DNA of 64,000 bases from an uncultured Paraperlucidibaca sp. (GCA_964511255.1 CAZEEQ010000014.1:1486-65485), one strand, 5' to 3'; counted from the first letter of the stretch, positions 19,604 through 31,272 are shown. Notes: a model not told the origin generated them from the sequence alone. A program made the numbers and translations.

Positions 19604-20254
19604 GTGAAGACCCGTGACCGCATCCTGGCCAAGAGCCTCGAACTGTTCAACGAACAAGGCGAACGACTGGTCAGCACCAATCACATTGCGGCCGCGCTCA
19701 AGATGAGTCCGGGCAATCTTTATTATCACTTCCCCAACAAGGACGCGATCATCTTCGAGCTGTTCCAGCGCTATACCGGGCAGATGGGACAGACCTTGAT
19801 GCTGCCGGAAGACCGCCCGCTCACCCAGGCCGACAAGATCCATCTCTTCGAGAAACTGCTCTCCAGTCTCTGGCAGTACCGCTTCCTGCACCGCGACATG
19901 ACGCATCTGCTCAGCGACAACATCGAGATGCGCGACGCCTACCGCCTGTTCGCGCACGGCATGATGGTCAGCGTCCATCATATCTATCAACTGCTGATCG
20001 AGTCGGGCCTGATCGAGGCCACGGAAGAAGAGATCGGCTCGCTGCTGGTCAACATCTGGATCGTGGCCACCAGCTGGGTGAACTTCCTCAGCACCACTGG
20101 ATTCTTCAACTTCAGCGAACCGATGACCGAAGACATGCTGCGTCAGGGCATTTACCAGGTCATCTGCCTGGAGGCACCCTATCTGCGCGGCGAAGCCCTC
20201 GCGGGCCTCGCCGACCTCAAGGCCCGTTACGGGATCGCCCTGCGCCCAGCCTGA
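19604..20254 (+). CDS. TetR-family regulator (LaoR-like)
   Basis: GTG start; KTRDRIL...STNHIAAALKMSPGNLYYHFPNK HTH. Confidence 0.9.
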   Translation: MKTRDRILAKSLELFNEQGERLVSTNHIAAALKMSPGNLYYHFPNKDAIIFELFQRYTGQMGQTLMLPEDRPLTQADKIHLFEKLLSSLWQYRFLHRDMTHLLSDNIEMRDAYRLFAHGMMVSVHHIYQLLIESGLIEATEEEIGSLLVNIWIVATSWVNFLSTTGFFNFSEPMTEDMLRQGIYQVICLEAPYLRGEALAGLADLKARYGIALRPA

Positions 20255-21315
20255 GGCGCGGCAGCCGGCCGCGCAGACTCTGCCAGCATGGTGCGGAGGA
20301 AGTGCGGGATACGGCGCTCCAGGTAGTAACGCGGCTCGCGCCAGTGCGTTCCGGCCTCGATGAAACCGACATGACCGCCCCGCGGCGAAATCTCGAGATG
20401 CACCGCAGGCGACAGCTCACGTGTGGTCGGCATGCACTCGGGCGCCAGAAACGGATCATCCGCCGCCTGCAGCACCAGTACCGGCGTGGTGATTCCGCGC
20501 AGTGACTGACGCGGGCTGCAGCGGGTGTAGTAATCCTCGCCATTGCGGAAGCCGTGAATGCCGGCCATCAGCACATCATCAAAGACGCGGAAGGACATGA
20601 ACGGCCCCTGCGCCAGACGCTCGCGGATGTGGGCAGCGACTTCCTCATCTCCCAGCTGCGCGAGACGGTCAGCCTTGCGCGACCAGGTCTTGCACAGCTC
20701 GTTCAACAGGTGCTTGCGGTAAATGCGTGACAGCCCCTGGTCAAGGCGGTCTGCGCAGGGACCGAGCATGAGCGGCACCGACACCGCCGTGGCCGCAAAC
20801 AGATTGGCGGGCGTCTTTTCGCGCGCCAGATAATTCAGCGTCATGGCGCCGCCCAGCGAATAGCCGACCAGTGCCACCGGCACCTCAGGATAGCGCTCGG
20901 CCACGGTTTTCATGACTTCGGCGACATCGTCATGCGCCCCGGCGTGATAGGCACGCGGGCGGTCATTGGGCTCGCCAGTGGCAGCACGGCAGTTCATGGC
21001 CACGCTGGCCCAGCCGATCTCATCCAGGGCCTGCTGCAGGCCCAGTACATACTGTGACTGGCTGCTGCCGGTGAGGCCATGCACGATCACGACCAGCGGG
21101 CTGCCGCTGCCCATCCAGGCCTTGGGCAGCCGCCAGTCCAGGCAAAGCCAGTCGCCATCGGCGAGGCCCAGCTTTTCGCGCACGCGCGGCAGGGGCGTGA
21201 TGCGACGCATCATGGCCGGAAACAAGGTCTGCAAATGCGAATTGTTGAGCCACCAGGCTGGCTGAAACGGCCCCCGGCTGATGCCCGGGGTAAATGCGGC
21301 GTCAGACGACTTCAT
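20227..21315 (-). CDS. YheT-family alpha/beta hydrolase
   Basis: HLQTL, HGLTGSS, GYSLGG, DDPF, GGHVGF; start moved to ATG 21315. Confidence 0.88.
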   Translation of the reverse strand: MKSSDAAFTPGISRGPFQPAWWLNNSHLQTLFPAMMRRITPLPRVREKLGLADGDWLCLDWRLPKAWMGSGSPLVVIVHGLTGSSQSQYVLGLQQALDEIGWASVAMNCRAATGEPNDRPRAYHAGAHDDVAEVMKTVAERYPEVPVALVGYSLGGAMTLNYLAREKTPANLFAATAVSVPLMLGPCADRLDQGLSRIYRKHLLNELCKTWSRKADRLAQLGDEEVAAHIRERLAQGPFMSFRVFDDVLMAGIHGFRNGEDYYTRCSPRQSLRGITTPVLVLQAADDPFLAPECMPTTRELSPAVHLEISPRGGHVGFIEAGTHWREPRYYLERRIPHFLRTMLAESARPAAAPQAGRRAIP

Positions 21316-21895
21316 CAATACCCTCTCCGAAATACAACAAGGCATGCACCAGACCGGCTTGCGTCTGTCGGTGCAAGGTGAAGCCCTCGGGCAGGCGCAG
21401 CGTCTCCGGCGCCTGTTCGGTTTCAACATAAACCCAGACACCCGGCGTGAGCCAGCCCTTTTCGGCAAGCTGCGAGAGAATCTTGTTGGGCAAATCCTGA
21501 TGGAATGGCGGATCCAGCAGGATCAGGCCATAGCCGGCTTCGGGCGCCACCGCGTCACGCAGCCAGCGCTGGCTGTCGGCGCTCGCGATCAGGCAGTGCT
21601 CGGCGCCGAGCTTGCTGGCGATCTCACGCAGACAGCCGGCCTGGCGGGCATCACGCTCGATCAGGGTCAGGCTCGCGGCACCACGTGACAGCGCCTCGAA
21701 ACCGAGGGCACCGCTACCGGCGAAGAGGTCCAGGACATGCCGCCCCGGCAGTTCGAATTGCAGCCAGTTGTAGAGTGTTTCGCGCACGCGGTCCGGGGTC
21801 GGACGCAGACCGGGCAGATCGAGGAACGAAAGCCGCCGGCTGCGCCAGCGGCCACCGATGATGCGCAGCTCGCGCGTTCCGCCGGCACGGCTCAT
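21302..21895 (-). CDS. rsmD: 16S rRNA m2G966 methyltransferase
   Basis: LRIIGGRWRSR, LRPTPDRVRETLYNWL, LDLFAGSGALGFEALSRG, LDPPF. Confidence 0.95.
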   Translation of the reverse strand: MSRAGGTRELRIIGGRWRSRRLSFLDLPGLRPTPDRVRETLYNWLQFELPGRHVLDLFAGSGALGFEALSRGAASLTLIERDARQAGCLREIASKLGAEHCLIASADSQRWLRDAVAPEAGYGLILLDPPFHQDLPNKILSQLAEKGWLTPGVWVYVETEQAPETLRLPEGFTLHRQTQAGLVHALLYFGEGIDEVV

Positions 21896-23409
21896 GGCTG
21901 CGCTCCTTTCCCCTGCCCTGCGGCAGCCCCTGACACCGGCAGGCGCACAGCGCTGGCGGCCGCTGCGGTATCCGCAGCGCTGGGCATTGGCACCGGTGCC
22001 GACTTGCGGCCGACCGTCACCACCAGCAAGCGGTCCGGATGGATGTGGCGCCTGAGCGCGTCTCGCACCTGTCCGGGCGTTACCGCGCGCAAACGCTCGA
22101 TATAGTGATCGAGATAGTCGGTTGGCAAACCATAGAAAGCGATCATGCCGAGAAAGCCGGCTATCTGTTCATTGTTGGCAATGCTGCGCGGAAAAGACTG
22201 GACCAGGGTATCGATGGCCGCCTGCACATCCGCAGCCGGCGCCCCGCGATCCACAAATCGCTGCAGCAGCTCGCGCGTCAGCCTGAGCGCCATATCGGCC
22301 TGGTCTGCTCGGGTCGAAAAACCGATCTGGAACGGACCGGCCGCCCGCATGCGGATGAACTGGCTGCTGACCCCATAAGTGAGCCCGCGCTGCTCTCGCA
22401 ATTCGCGCATGAGCAACGTGCCGAAGCCGCTGCCGCCCAACAGTTCATTGGCCACCATGAGCGGGAAGGTATCGGGATCTCCATGGGCGATGCCGGTCTC
22501 GCCCAGGATGATATGGACCTGCTGCGATGGAAACTCCTCGTGCAAGCGAATGGCGCGTGTCAGCGGCTTGACCGGCGGCAGTGGCGGCGCCGCTTCGCCG
22601 GCAGGCAGACGCTGGCTGATCTGCAGCGACACCCGCTCGGCATCCTCGCGGGAGAGATCGCCGACCAGCACCAGCACGGCATTGCCGACGGTGTAATAAC
22701 GCTGATGGAAAGCCCGCAGATCCGCGGGTGTTATCCGCTCGATGCTGCCGACCATGCCGCTGGGCGGATTGGCATAGGGATGATCCGCGTAGAGACGGCG
22801 ATAAAACAGCATGCCGGCACGCCCGGCCGGTGACTGCTGGCGCTGGCGCTGACCGATGCGCAGTGACTCCTGCAGGCGCCGCCACTCAGCATCCGCGAGC
22901 GCCGGCTCGGCAGCCACTTCGGCGAACAGCGCGAGTGCCGGATCACGTACGTCGGCGGCACTCAGCACACGCAACTCGAGCAATGCCATGTCGCGATAGG
23001 AGCTGGCCGAGAAATCGGCACCGAGCTGGTCGAAACGCTCAGCGACTTCCTGCGCCGGGCGCGCGCGCGTGCCCTCATCCAAGAGTCCGGAGACCGCGGC
23101 GGCGAGGCCGGACAGGTCGCCGTCACGGGCGGCGCCGGCATCGTAGATGAGACGGACATCGAGCATGGGCAACTGCTGATTCTGGCGCCAGAAAACACGC
23201 AGGCCCTCCGGCGTGACCCATTGCGCCACCGGAACCGATACCCTGGCCGGATGGGCCCGGGCCACATTCAGCGCCGGCGCACTGGTGAGCTGAGCCAGCG
23301 CCGTCAGCGGCCCGGGGCTGACACCACCATGGTCACCGCCCGCCATCAGCCCGGGGCTCAGGCCGGCCAGCATCGCTCCTGCCAGCCAGGAAAGCGCATA
23401 CCGCCTCAT
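21892..23409 (-). CDS. M16 peptidase, non-catalytic subunit
   Basis: LLDEGT, LGGSGF...RELREQRGLTY; no HxxEH. Confidence 0.87.
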   Translation of the reverse strand: MRRYALSWLAGAMLAGLSPGLMAGGDHGGVSPGPLTALAQLTSAPALNVARAHPARVSVPVAQWVTPEGLRVFWRQNQQLPMLDVRLIYDAGAARDGDLSGLAAAVSGLLDEGTRARPAQEVAERFDQLGADFSASSYRDMALLELRVLSAADVRDPALALFAEVAAEPALADAEWRRLQESLRIGQRQRQQSPAGRAGMLFYRRLYADHPYANPPSGMVGSIERITPADLRAFHQRYYTVGNAVLVLVGDLSREDAERVSLQISQRLPAGEAAPPLPPVKPLTRAIRLHEEFPSQQVHIILGETGIAHGDPDTFPLMVANELLGGSGFGTLLMRELREQRGLTYGVSSQFIRMRAAGPFQIGFSTRADQADMALRLTRELLQRFVDRGAPAADVQAAIDTLVQSFPRSIANNEQIAGFLGMIAFYGLPTDYLDHYIERLRAVTPGQVRDALRRHIHPDRLLVVTVGRKSAPVPMPSAADTAAAASAVRLPVSGAAAGQGKGAQP

Positions 23410-24740
23410 GGGGTCGCTCCCGGCTGGACATCCAGATACAAGGTACTCAGCCTGGCCGGCTGCAGATAACGCCGTGCCACGTCGCGCAGCAGCACGGGGG
23501 TGACCTCGCGCAGCTTGCGGGCGGCATCGGCCGGCAGGCTCAACGGCAAGCCGATGGTCGCCAGCTGACCCAGCAGGCGCGCCTGATCCTCGATCTCATC
23601 ACGGGCAAATACTTCCTGCGCCAGCACATTGGCCAGCACACGCTGAATTTCCTCGGGCGTCACCAGCTCATCACGCAGTCGCCAGATTTCGGTCAGGATG
23701 GCATTGCGCAGATCCGCCAGCGACTGCTGCTCGGCCGGAACAGCCGTCAGCGTCAGCAAGGTATCGCCACGCGCCAGCATGTCGTAGCTGGAACGAATCA
23801 CGGCGGCCTTGCCGGCCCGCACAACCGCGCGCTCAAGACGGGCACTGACGCCCTCGTCGAGCACGCCCGTCAGCAAGCGCAGGGCATAAGCATCCTCGCT
23901 GCCCTGCGCACTGCTGGCCGAGGGCAGATTGAAGCCGAGGTACAACATGGGCACCTGACCGGACAGCATCAGCGTCAGGCTGCGCTCCCCCGGCTCCGGC
24001 AACTCCCGGACCGCGACACGGGCAGGCAGGGTGCGAGCCGGGATGCCGCCGAAATACTGCTGCGCCTGCTGCCGCACCTGATCTGGCGTCACATCGCCGA
24101 CCACCACCAGCACCGCATTGTTGGGCGCGTACCAGCGGGCGTACCAGTCGCGCACATCCGCCAGCGTCAAGCTTTCGAGGTCACGCATCCAGCCAATGAT
24201 GGGTGTCCGGATGGGGCTGCTGGGATAGGCCATGGCCTTGAATCGCTCGAAGGCCAGTGACTGCGGATTGTCATCCGTGCGCAAACGGCGCTCTTCCATG
24301 ACCACCCGCAGCTCGCTGGCAAACTCGACGGGGTCGAACCGGAGATTGACCATGCGATCAGCTTCCAGTTCCAGCGCCAGCGCCAGCCGGTCGGCAACAT
24401 GGTTCTGCTGGTAATAGGTGTAACTGTCGCTGGTGAACGCGTTGTCATCGCCGCCGAAATGGGCAATGAGGCGGGAAAATTCTCCGGCCGGCACCTTGCT
24501 GGTGCCTTTGAACATCATGTGCTCGAGGACATGAGAGATGCCGGTCAGACCCGACGGCTCATCGGCGGAACCGACCCGATACCAGACCTGGGTCACGACC
24601 ACCGGCGCCCGGTGGTCCTCCTGCACGATCACGCGCAGGCCGTTATCGAGCTGGAAACTGACGGGCTCCGGCTGCGCCAGTGCGGCCGGGGCCAGACACA
24701 GTGCCAGCATCGCCATCACGCCTTTGAGGCTGTACCGCAT
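23406..24740 (-). CDS. M16 zinc peptidase, catalytic subunit
   Basis: Signal peptide; TGISHVLEHMMFKGT (HxxEH), NAFTS, EERR, YAPNNA. Confidence 0.92.
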   Translation of the reverse strand: MRYSLKGVMAMLALCLAPAALAQPEPVSFQLDNGLRVIVQEDHRAPVVVTQVWYRVGSADEPSGLTGISHVLEHMMFKGTSKVPAGEFSRLIAHFGGDDNAFTSDSYTYYQQNHVADRLALALELEADRMVNLRFDPVEFASELRVVMEERRLRTDDNPQSLAFERFKAMAYPSSPIRTPIIGWMRDLESLTLADVRDWYARWYAPNNAVLVVVGDVTPDQVRQQAQQYFGGIPARTLPARVAVRELPEPGERSLTLMLSGQVPMLYLGFNLPSASSAQGSEDAYALRLLTGVLDEGVSARLERAVVRAGKAAVIRSSYDMLARGDTLLTLTAVPAEQQSLADLRNAILTEIWRLRDELVTPEEIQRVLANVLAQEVFARDEIEDQARLLGQLATIGLPLSLPADAARKLREVTPVLLRDVARRYLQPARLSTLYLDVQPGATP

Positions 24741-24880
24741 ATCACCCATCCTTGTAACGCATCCGGGGGGCCATCCCGTATTTCCGGCTGGCCTGCGCCG
24801 GTCTGGCCAACTACATCAAACAGGCACCATTCAGGGGCGTTGACAAGGGTGGTAGCATAGCGCATCCCGTGGGGGCCGCC

Positions 24881-25876
24881 ATGTCTGCCCCCTCGCCTGC
24901 TTCGGAACCCAGGATGAGCATAGAACAAAAGCCGGACGAGTCTGGCGCAGGCGGCTTTTTGAGCCGCATGAAAAGCGGGCTGTCGAAGACGCGCAAGTCC
25001 TTCAGTCAGGGCATGGCGACCCTGCTGATCGGTGCCAAGGAAATCGATGACGAATTGCTGGAGGACATCGAGACCCAGCTGCTGGTCGCCGATGTCGGCG
25101 TCGATGCCACCCGCCGCGTCGTCGATGCCCTCACCGAGCGCGTCTCGCGCCAGGAGCTGCTGCATTCGCACGCGCTTTACGAGGCCCTGCAAAAGGAGCT
25201 GGGGTCATTGCTGGCACCACGCCAGCAGCCGCTGATCATCGACAACAGTCAGCACAAGCCTTTCGTGATTCTGGTCGTTGGCGTCAACGGCGTCGGCAAA
25301 ACCACCACCATCGGTAAACTCGCCAAGCGCTTTCAGCGTGAAGGCAGACAGGTCATGCTCGCCGCCGGCGACACCTTCCGTGCCGCCGCCGTCGAACAGC
25401 TGCAGGTCTGGGGCGAGCGCAACAATGTGCCGGTGGTCGCACAGGGAACCGGCGCCGACTCGGCTTCGGTGCTCTTCGACGCGTTCCAGAGCGCCAAGGC
25501 CAGGGGCATGGATGTGCTGATCGCCGATACCGCCGGTCGCCTGCACAACAAGAGCCATCTCATGGATGAGCTCAGCAAGGTGGTGCGGGTCTTGCAGAAG
25601 ATCGATCCGCAGGCGCCGCACGAAGTCATGCTGGTGGTCGATGCCGGCACCGGCCAGAACGCGCTGAATCAGGTGCACGAGTTTGACCAGGCCGTGAAGC
25701 TGACCGGCCTGACCATCACCAAGCTCGATGGCACCGCCAAGGGGGGTGTGCTGTTCAACATCGCCAGCCGCACCCATCTGCCCATCCGCTACATCGGGGT
25801 CGGCGAGGGAGTGGATGACTTGCGGCCCTTCGAGGCGGCAGAATTTGTCGGCGCCCTGTTCGACGAGACGCGCTGA
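24881..25876 (+). CDS. ftsY: SRP receptor FtsY (short, no acidic A-domain)
   Basis: GVNGVGKTTTIGKLA, DTFRAAA, DTAGR, TKLDGTAKGG; exact start uncertain (24869/24881/24914). Confidence 0.95.
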   Translation: MSAPSPASEPRMSIEQKPDESGAGGFLSRMKSGLSKTRKSFSQGMATLLIGAKEIDDELLEDIETQLLVADVGVDATRRVVDALTERVSRQELLHSHALYEALQKELGSLLAPRQQPLIIDNSQHKPFVILVVGVNGVGKTTTIGKLAKRFQREGRQVMLAAGDTFRAAAVEQLQVWGERNNVPVVAQGTGADSASVLFDAFQSAKARGMDVLIADTAGRLHNKSHLMDELSKVVRVLQKIDPQAPHEVMLVVDAGTGQNALNQVHEFDQAVKLTGLTITKLDGTAKGGVLFNIASRTHLPIRYIGVGEGVDDLRPFEAAEFVGALFDETR

Positions 25877-25911
25877 AGCGTCCGCGACAGGCCCGCAGCA
25901 GGGAGATCGGA

Positions 25912-26583
25912 ATGATCCGTTTTGAATCCGTGAGCAAGCGTTATGCGCCGCAGTTCGACGCGCTGCGCGAGCTCAATTTTGAATTACCCACCGGCGAGAT
26001 GGCCTTCCTGACCGGCCACTCCGGCGCCGGCAAGTCGACGCTGCTCAAACTCATCATGCTGATCGAGCGCGCCAGCAGCGGCCGCGTCATCGTCAATGAG
26101 CGCGACCACGGCCAGCTCAAGGGCCGCCAGATCGCGCTCGCCCGCCGCGACATCGGCATGGTCTATCAGGACCACAATCTGCTCGATGACCGCAGCGTGT
26201 TCGACAACGTCGCGCTGCCGCTGGTGATTGCCGGCATGCCGCCGCGTGACATTCCCAACCGGGTTTATGCCGCGCTCGACCTGGTCGGCCTCAAGCATCG
26301 CGCCAAGTCACGCCCGCAGGAGCTCTCCGGTGGTGAACAGCAACGCGTCGGGATTGCCCGCGCGGTGGTCGGCAAACCGTCGGTGCTGCTCGCCGACGAG
26401 CCCACCGGCAACCTCGACCCGCAACTCGCGATCGAGGTCATGAATATCTTCGAAGACTTGTCACGCGTCGGCGTCAGCATTCTGGTCGCCACCCACGACC
26501 TGTCCATGATCGCGCGCTTCAAGCATCGCCTGCTCACCCTCAAAGCCGGCCAGCTGGTCGCCGACTCGGGAGCCTCCGCATGA
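25912..26583 (+). CDS. ftsE: Cell division ATP-binding protein FtsE
   Basis: GHSGAGKS, LSGGEQQRV, ADEPTGNLD; ftsYEX order. Confidence 0.94.
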   Translation: MIRFESVSKRYAPQFDALRELNFELPTGEMAFLTGHSGAGKSTLLKLIMLIERASSGRVIVNERDHGQLKGRQIALARRDIGMVYQDHNLLDDRSVFDNVALPLVIAGMPPRDIPNRVYAALDLVGLKHRAKSRPQELSGGEQQRVGIARAVVGKPSVLLADEPTGNLDPQLAIEVMNIFEDLSRVGVSILVATHDLSMIARFKHRLLTLKAGQLVADSGASA

Positions 26584-27548
26584 GCACATTGCATGCCATC
26601 CGCGGCGCCGCCATGCAGCGCAGCACCTTTTCCGCGCGCTTCCAGCACTGGCTGGCTCACCACCGACGTGAAGCCGGTGACAGCTTCAAGCGCCTGGCCC
26701 GCTCGCCGTTCTCCACGCTCATGACCGTGCTGGTCATGACCATCGCGCTCAGCCTGCCGCTGGCCCTGGGTCTGCTGCTCGGCGACGCCCGCCATGCTGC
26801 CGCCGGCTGGGATGGCGACGCCCGCCTCTCCATCTATCTGCGCGAAGATGTCACGCCGGAAGCCCGCGAGGCGGCCGCCCGCAAAGCACGGGCGCTGACC
26901 AATGTCGACACGGTCCGCCTGATCACGCCGGAAGTCGCGCTGGAAGAGTTCAAGTCGCAATCGGGCTACGGTCCGGCGCTGGAGCAGCTCGGCAACAACC
27001 CGCTGCCGGCCGTGCTCGAAGTGTTCCCGCGTGACACCACCGACAGCAGCGCCATGACGCGCCTGCGCGACCAGTTTGCGCAGTGGCCCGAGGTCGAGCT
27101 GGCCGAGGTCGATATCGCCTGGGTACAGCGTCTGCGCAGCATCCTGGAGCTGGGCGAACGCCTGCTCTGGGCCATCGGCGGGGCCCTCCTGCTGGGCGCC
27201 CTGCTGGTGGTCGGCAACACCATCCGTCTCAGCATCGAGTCCCGCCGCGACGAGATCCGCGTGATTTCCCTGCTGGGCGGCACCCACGGCTTCGTGCGGC
27301 GTCCGTTCATCTACATGGGCTTGTGGTGCGGCCTCAGCGCCGGTGTTTTTACCCTGCTCACCGTCAGCGGTCTGGTGGCCTGGCTGAACACGCCGGTCAT
27401 GCAGATGGCGCGGCTCTATGGCAGCCAGTTCTCGCTCAGCTATCCGTCGTTCAGCACGGGCCTGGGCGTGATTGCCGTAGCCAGCCTGCTCGGCTGGCTG
27501 GGCGCCTGGATCGCTGTCGGCCGTCATCTCCGCGAGCTTGAGCCCTGA
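26580..27548 (+). CDS. ftsX: Cell division permease FtsX
   Basis: NPLP, VVGNTIRLSI, LLGGTHGFVRRPF. Confidence 0.93.
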   Translation: MSTLHAIRGAAMQRSTFSARFQHWLAHHRREAGDSFKRLARSPFSTLMTVLVMTIALSLPLALGLLLGDARHAAAGWDGDARLSIYLREDVTPEAREAAARKARALTNVDTVRLITPEVALEEFKSQSGYGPALEQLGNNPLPAVLEVFPRDTTDSSAMTRLRDQFAQWPEVELAEVDIAWVQRLRSILELGERLLWAIGGALLLGALLVVGNTIRLSIESRRDEIRVISLLGGTHGFVRRPFIYMGLWCGLSAGVFTLLTVSGLVAWLNTPVMQMARLYGSQFSLSYPSFSTGLGVIAVASLLGWLGAWIAVGRHLRELEP

Positions 27549-27556
27549 GCCCGTTG

Positions 27557-27588
27557 CCAGCGGGGGTCAACCGCTGACACCCGCCGGC
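27557..27588 (+). terminator. Imperfect GC-rich hairpin after ftsX
   Basis: GCCAGCGGGGGTCA...TGACACCCGCCGGC; no clear U tract. Confidence 0.35.
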
Positions 27589-27716
27589 GTCTAATCTCCT
27601 GCGGCAAGACGCTCTGCAAGCCCCGGCCTGCAGACTTGCAGCCGGCCGCATGGGTGCTATCATCATGGGCTGCCTGTTAATCAACCAAGTCGATGCTGTC
27701 GACGGAGGCGTTGAGA

Positions 27717-28580
<864 letters not shown>

Positions 28581-28584
28581 TCGG

Positions 28585-28974
28585 ATGGCCGGCATGACCT
28601 GGGCGATTGTCGCTGCCCTCAATCTGGCCCTCGCGGTGATGACCGGCGCGTTCGGCGCCCATGGCCTGAAGGCCAGGCTCACCGCTGAACAACTGGGCTG
28701 GTGGCAAACCGCTGTCGACTATCATGTCAGCCATGCCCTCGGCCTCCTCGCCATCGGTGTGCTGCTGCGCGTGGCACCGGCACTGCCGACCGCTCTGCCC
28801 GTGGGGGTCTCGACTTCGGCCCTGTGGCTGCAGATCGGCATCGTCATTTTCTCTGGCTCGCTCTACGCCATGGCCCTCGGCGCACCGCGCTGGTTCGGAG
28901 CCATCACGCCGATTGGCGGCCTCGCCTTCATCATTGGCTGGCTCTGGCTGGCCTGGTCACTGGCACGGGCATGA
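28585..28974 (+). CDS. DUF423 (YgdD) membrane protein
   Basis: GAFGAHGL, FSGSLY, GAITPIGG. Confidence 0.9.
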   Translation: MAGMTWAIVAALNLALAVMTGAFGAHGLKARLTAEQLGWWQTAVDYHVSHALGLLAIGVLLRVAPALPTALPVGVSTSALWLQIGIVIFSGSLYAMALGAPRWFGAITPIGGLAFIIGWLWLAWSLARA

Positions 28975-28982
28975 CGCGGCGT

Positions 28983-29183
28983 ATGGAAATTCACATCAAC
29001 GGCGAAGTCCGTCATCTCGACACCGGCACCACGGTCGCCGTGCTGCTGGCCGAACAGGGCCTGACCGGCAAGCGCATCGCGGTTGAGCGCAACGGCGAAA
29101 TCGTGCCGCGCAGTCAGCACACTGACTGCATCCTGGATGAGGGCGACCGGCTCGAAATCGTCCACGCCATCGGCGGCGGCTGA
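28983..29183 (+). CDS. thiS: Sulfur carrier protein ThiS
   Basis: MEIHINGE...AVERNGEIVPR...EIVHAIGGG C-terminal diglycine. Confidence 0.94.
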   Translation: MEIHINGEVRHLDTGTTVAVLLAEQGLTGKRIAVERNGEIVPRSQHTDCILDEGDRLEIVHAIGGG

Positions 29184-29191
29184 GCCGGCAT

Positions 29192-29698
29192 TTGCCCCCC
29201 CTCTCTCCCGAGCTGTGGACTGACCTGCTGATCTGGCTCGGCGCTGCCGTGCTGGTCATCGGCGGCTTCATCGGCATGGTCATTCCGGCCCTGCCCGGCC
29301 CGTTGCTGCTGCTGGGCGGCTTGCTCATGGCCGCCTGGGCCGAGGACTTCGCCCAGGTCGGCCTGCCGACCCTCTTCTTTCTCAGCGCGCTCTGTGCGCT
29401 GGCGATGGCACTCGACTTCATCGCGGGCGCCATGGGAGCCAAGCGCTACGGCGCATCGGGCGCGGCCGTGACGGGCTCGGTGCTCGGCGGCATCGTGGGG
29501 ATTTTCTTCGGCCCACCAGGGCTGCTGCTCGGACCTTTTGCCGGCGCCATGGCCGGTGAGCTGCTCACCGGGCGGCCGCTCGAACAAGCCGGGCGCTCCG
29601 GCTGGGGCGCGACGCTGGGCATGCTGCTCGGCGTTGTCGCCAAGCTCGCCATCGGGGTCATGATGGTGGCTGTATTCGTTCTGGTGCGGCTGCTCTAG
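29192..29698 (+). CDS. DUF456 membrane protein
   Basis: PALPG, GAKRYGAS, GLLLGPFAGA. Confidence 0.82.
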   Translation: MPPLSPELWTDLLIWLGAAVLVIGGFIGMVIPALPGPLLLLGGLLMAAWAEDFAQVGLPTLFFLSALCALAMALDFIAGAMGAKRYGASGAAVTGSVLGGIVGIFFGPPGLLLGPFAGAMAGELLTGRPLEQAGRSGWGATLGMLLGVVAKLAIGVMMVAVFVLVRLL

Positions 29699-29713
29699 CC
29701 CGCGCCGGTCGGC

Positions 29714-30325
29714 TCAGGCATTCAACAGCGCCTGCAGACTCAGCGATCGCTGACCCGCTGTCAGCGTCACATGGGCCAGCGCGGCATAACGCCGGGCACG
29801 CTCTGCCAGCAACTCCGGATAGCAACGCGCCCTTGTCGCGACGACGGCCTCGCCCGCCTGCGGCTGCCAGGCATCGCCCCAGATCAGCGGCTTGGGCTGA
29901 GCCAGATAGCGCGCATACAGCGCCGCCCGCTGCGACACCGGCGCCTCCAGATAGACAATCCGTGTGTGCTGGCGCATGGCTGCCAGCACATCATCACCGG
30001 CATGGATGACGCTGCCGCTGGTATCCAGCACTTGCGGACACCCTCGCGGCTCAGCCGCCAACGCCTGCATGAGTGCCCGCATGACCTCACGCTCGGCAGC
30101 CAGGAGAAGCAGGCTGCGCTCGCCGTAGCGGGCATCACCCGGCTGCCCCAGCCAGGATGCCATGCTGCGCAGGTCCGGACGCGCGGCCGGATCGGGAAAC
30201 AGCGCGCGGCCGATCAGCCGATCGCAGTCAATATGCTGGTAGCCGGCCTCGCGGGCGAGACGGCGCGCCCAGTGCGACTTGCCGACATTCGACATGCCGA
30301 TGAGACTGATCACCGCTGCGACCAT
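29714..30325 (-). CDS. Shikimate-kinase-like P-loop protein
   Basis: LIGMSNVGKS Walker A, IDCD, VLDTSGS, IVYLEAP. Confidence 0.65.
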   Translation of the reverse strand: MVAAVISLIGMSNVGKSHWARRLAREAGYQHIDCDRLIGRALFPDPAARPDLRSMASWLGQPGDARYGERSLLLLAAEREVMRALMQALAAEPRGCPQVLDTSGSVIHAGDDVLAAMRQHTRIVYLEAPVSQRAALYARYLAQPKPLIWGDAWQPQAGEAVVATRARCYPELLAERARRYAALAHVTLTAGQRSLSLQALLNA

Positions 30326-30657
30326 CAGGCGCTCCGAGGCGCGAAGGCGATGATGGCCATACCCGCCAACGCCACCACTGAGCCGGTGATATCCCAGGTC
30401 GTTGGGCGAATGCCATCCACCAGCCAGAGCCAGAGGATGGCAACACCGACATAAACACCACCATAAGCCGCATAGACACGTCCGGCCGCCGCCGGATGCA
30501 GCGTCAGCAACCAGGCGAACAGGGCCAGACTGGCCGCCGCGGGGAGCAGTAGCCAGGGAGAGCGGCCGTCACGCAACCAGAGCCAGGGCAGATAGCAGCC
30601 GACGATTTCGGCCACGGCTGTCGCCGCGAACAGGGCGAAGGTCTGCACCGCCATCAT
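30325..30657 (-). CDS. YnfA (UPF0060) small membrane protein
   Basis: [26 protein letters not shown]. Confidence 0.92.
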   Translation of the reverse strand: MMAVQTFALFAATAVAEIVGCYLPWLWLRDGRSPWLLLPAAASLALFAWLLTLHPAAAGRVYAAYGGVYVGVAILWLWLVDGIRPTTWDITGSVVALAGMAIIAFAPRSA

Positions 30658-31049
30658 GCTGGCGCGGCCATATGCACGAGCTCCCAGATGTGTCCGTCGG
30701 GATCCTGAAAGCCGTGCGTGTACATGAAACCGTGATCCTGCGGCGGGTTGTAGGTCGAGCCGCCGCCAGCGACCGCCAGACGCACCAGGGTATCGACCTT
30801 GTCGCGACTGTCGAGTGACAGGCAGAGCAGCACTTCGGTGCGCTCGCGGGCATCGCAGATCGGTTTCGGCGTAAAGCCCTGGAATTTCTCATGGGTCAGC
30901 AGCATGACAAAAATGCTGTCGCTAACCACCATGCAGGCGGCCGTGTCGTCGCAGAAGCGGTCATCGAAGGAGAAGCCGAGTCCGGTAAAGAAGGCGACGC
31001 TCTGGTCGAGCGCACGCACCGGGAGGTTCACGAAAATCTGGGGTGCCAT
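30654..31049 (-). CDS. VOC/glyoxalase family protein
   Basis: [30 protein letters not shown]; start moved to ATG 31049. Confidence 0.9.
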   Translation of the reverse strand: MAPQIFVNLPVRALDQSVAFFTGLGFSFDDRFCDDTAACMVVSDSIFVMLLTHEKFQGFTPKPICDARERTEVLLCLSLDSRDKVDTLVRLAVAGGGSTYNPPQDHGFMYTHGFQDPDGHIWELVHMAAPA

Positions 31050-31272
31050 CTGGATGACCTCGCGCTGGCTGATAGAACGCTGGTGAAGGCAGGCTGAGCG
31101 ACCCGCCGGACTGAACACCCCCTCAGCTTACTGCAACAAGGCATCCCTCTTCACGCACTGACCCATGATCCGTCCGGCCCGCCAGCACGCCGATAGTCCA
31201 TGACGACTGGTTGCGTCAGCCCCGGCCCCTTACAATGCCTGCCTTCGCCGCATCACTCCGTGGAGCTTCACT

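Noticed and set aside
20227..20254. 28-nt convergent overlap of the TetR and YheT-like genes
   Set aside because: Short 3' overlaps are common in GC-rich genomes; no sign of function
24840..24870. Perfect TTGACA upstream of ftsY
   Set aside because: No acceptable -10 hexamer at 16-18 nt spacing
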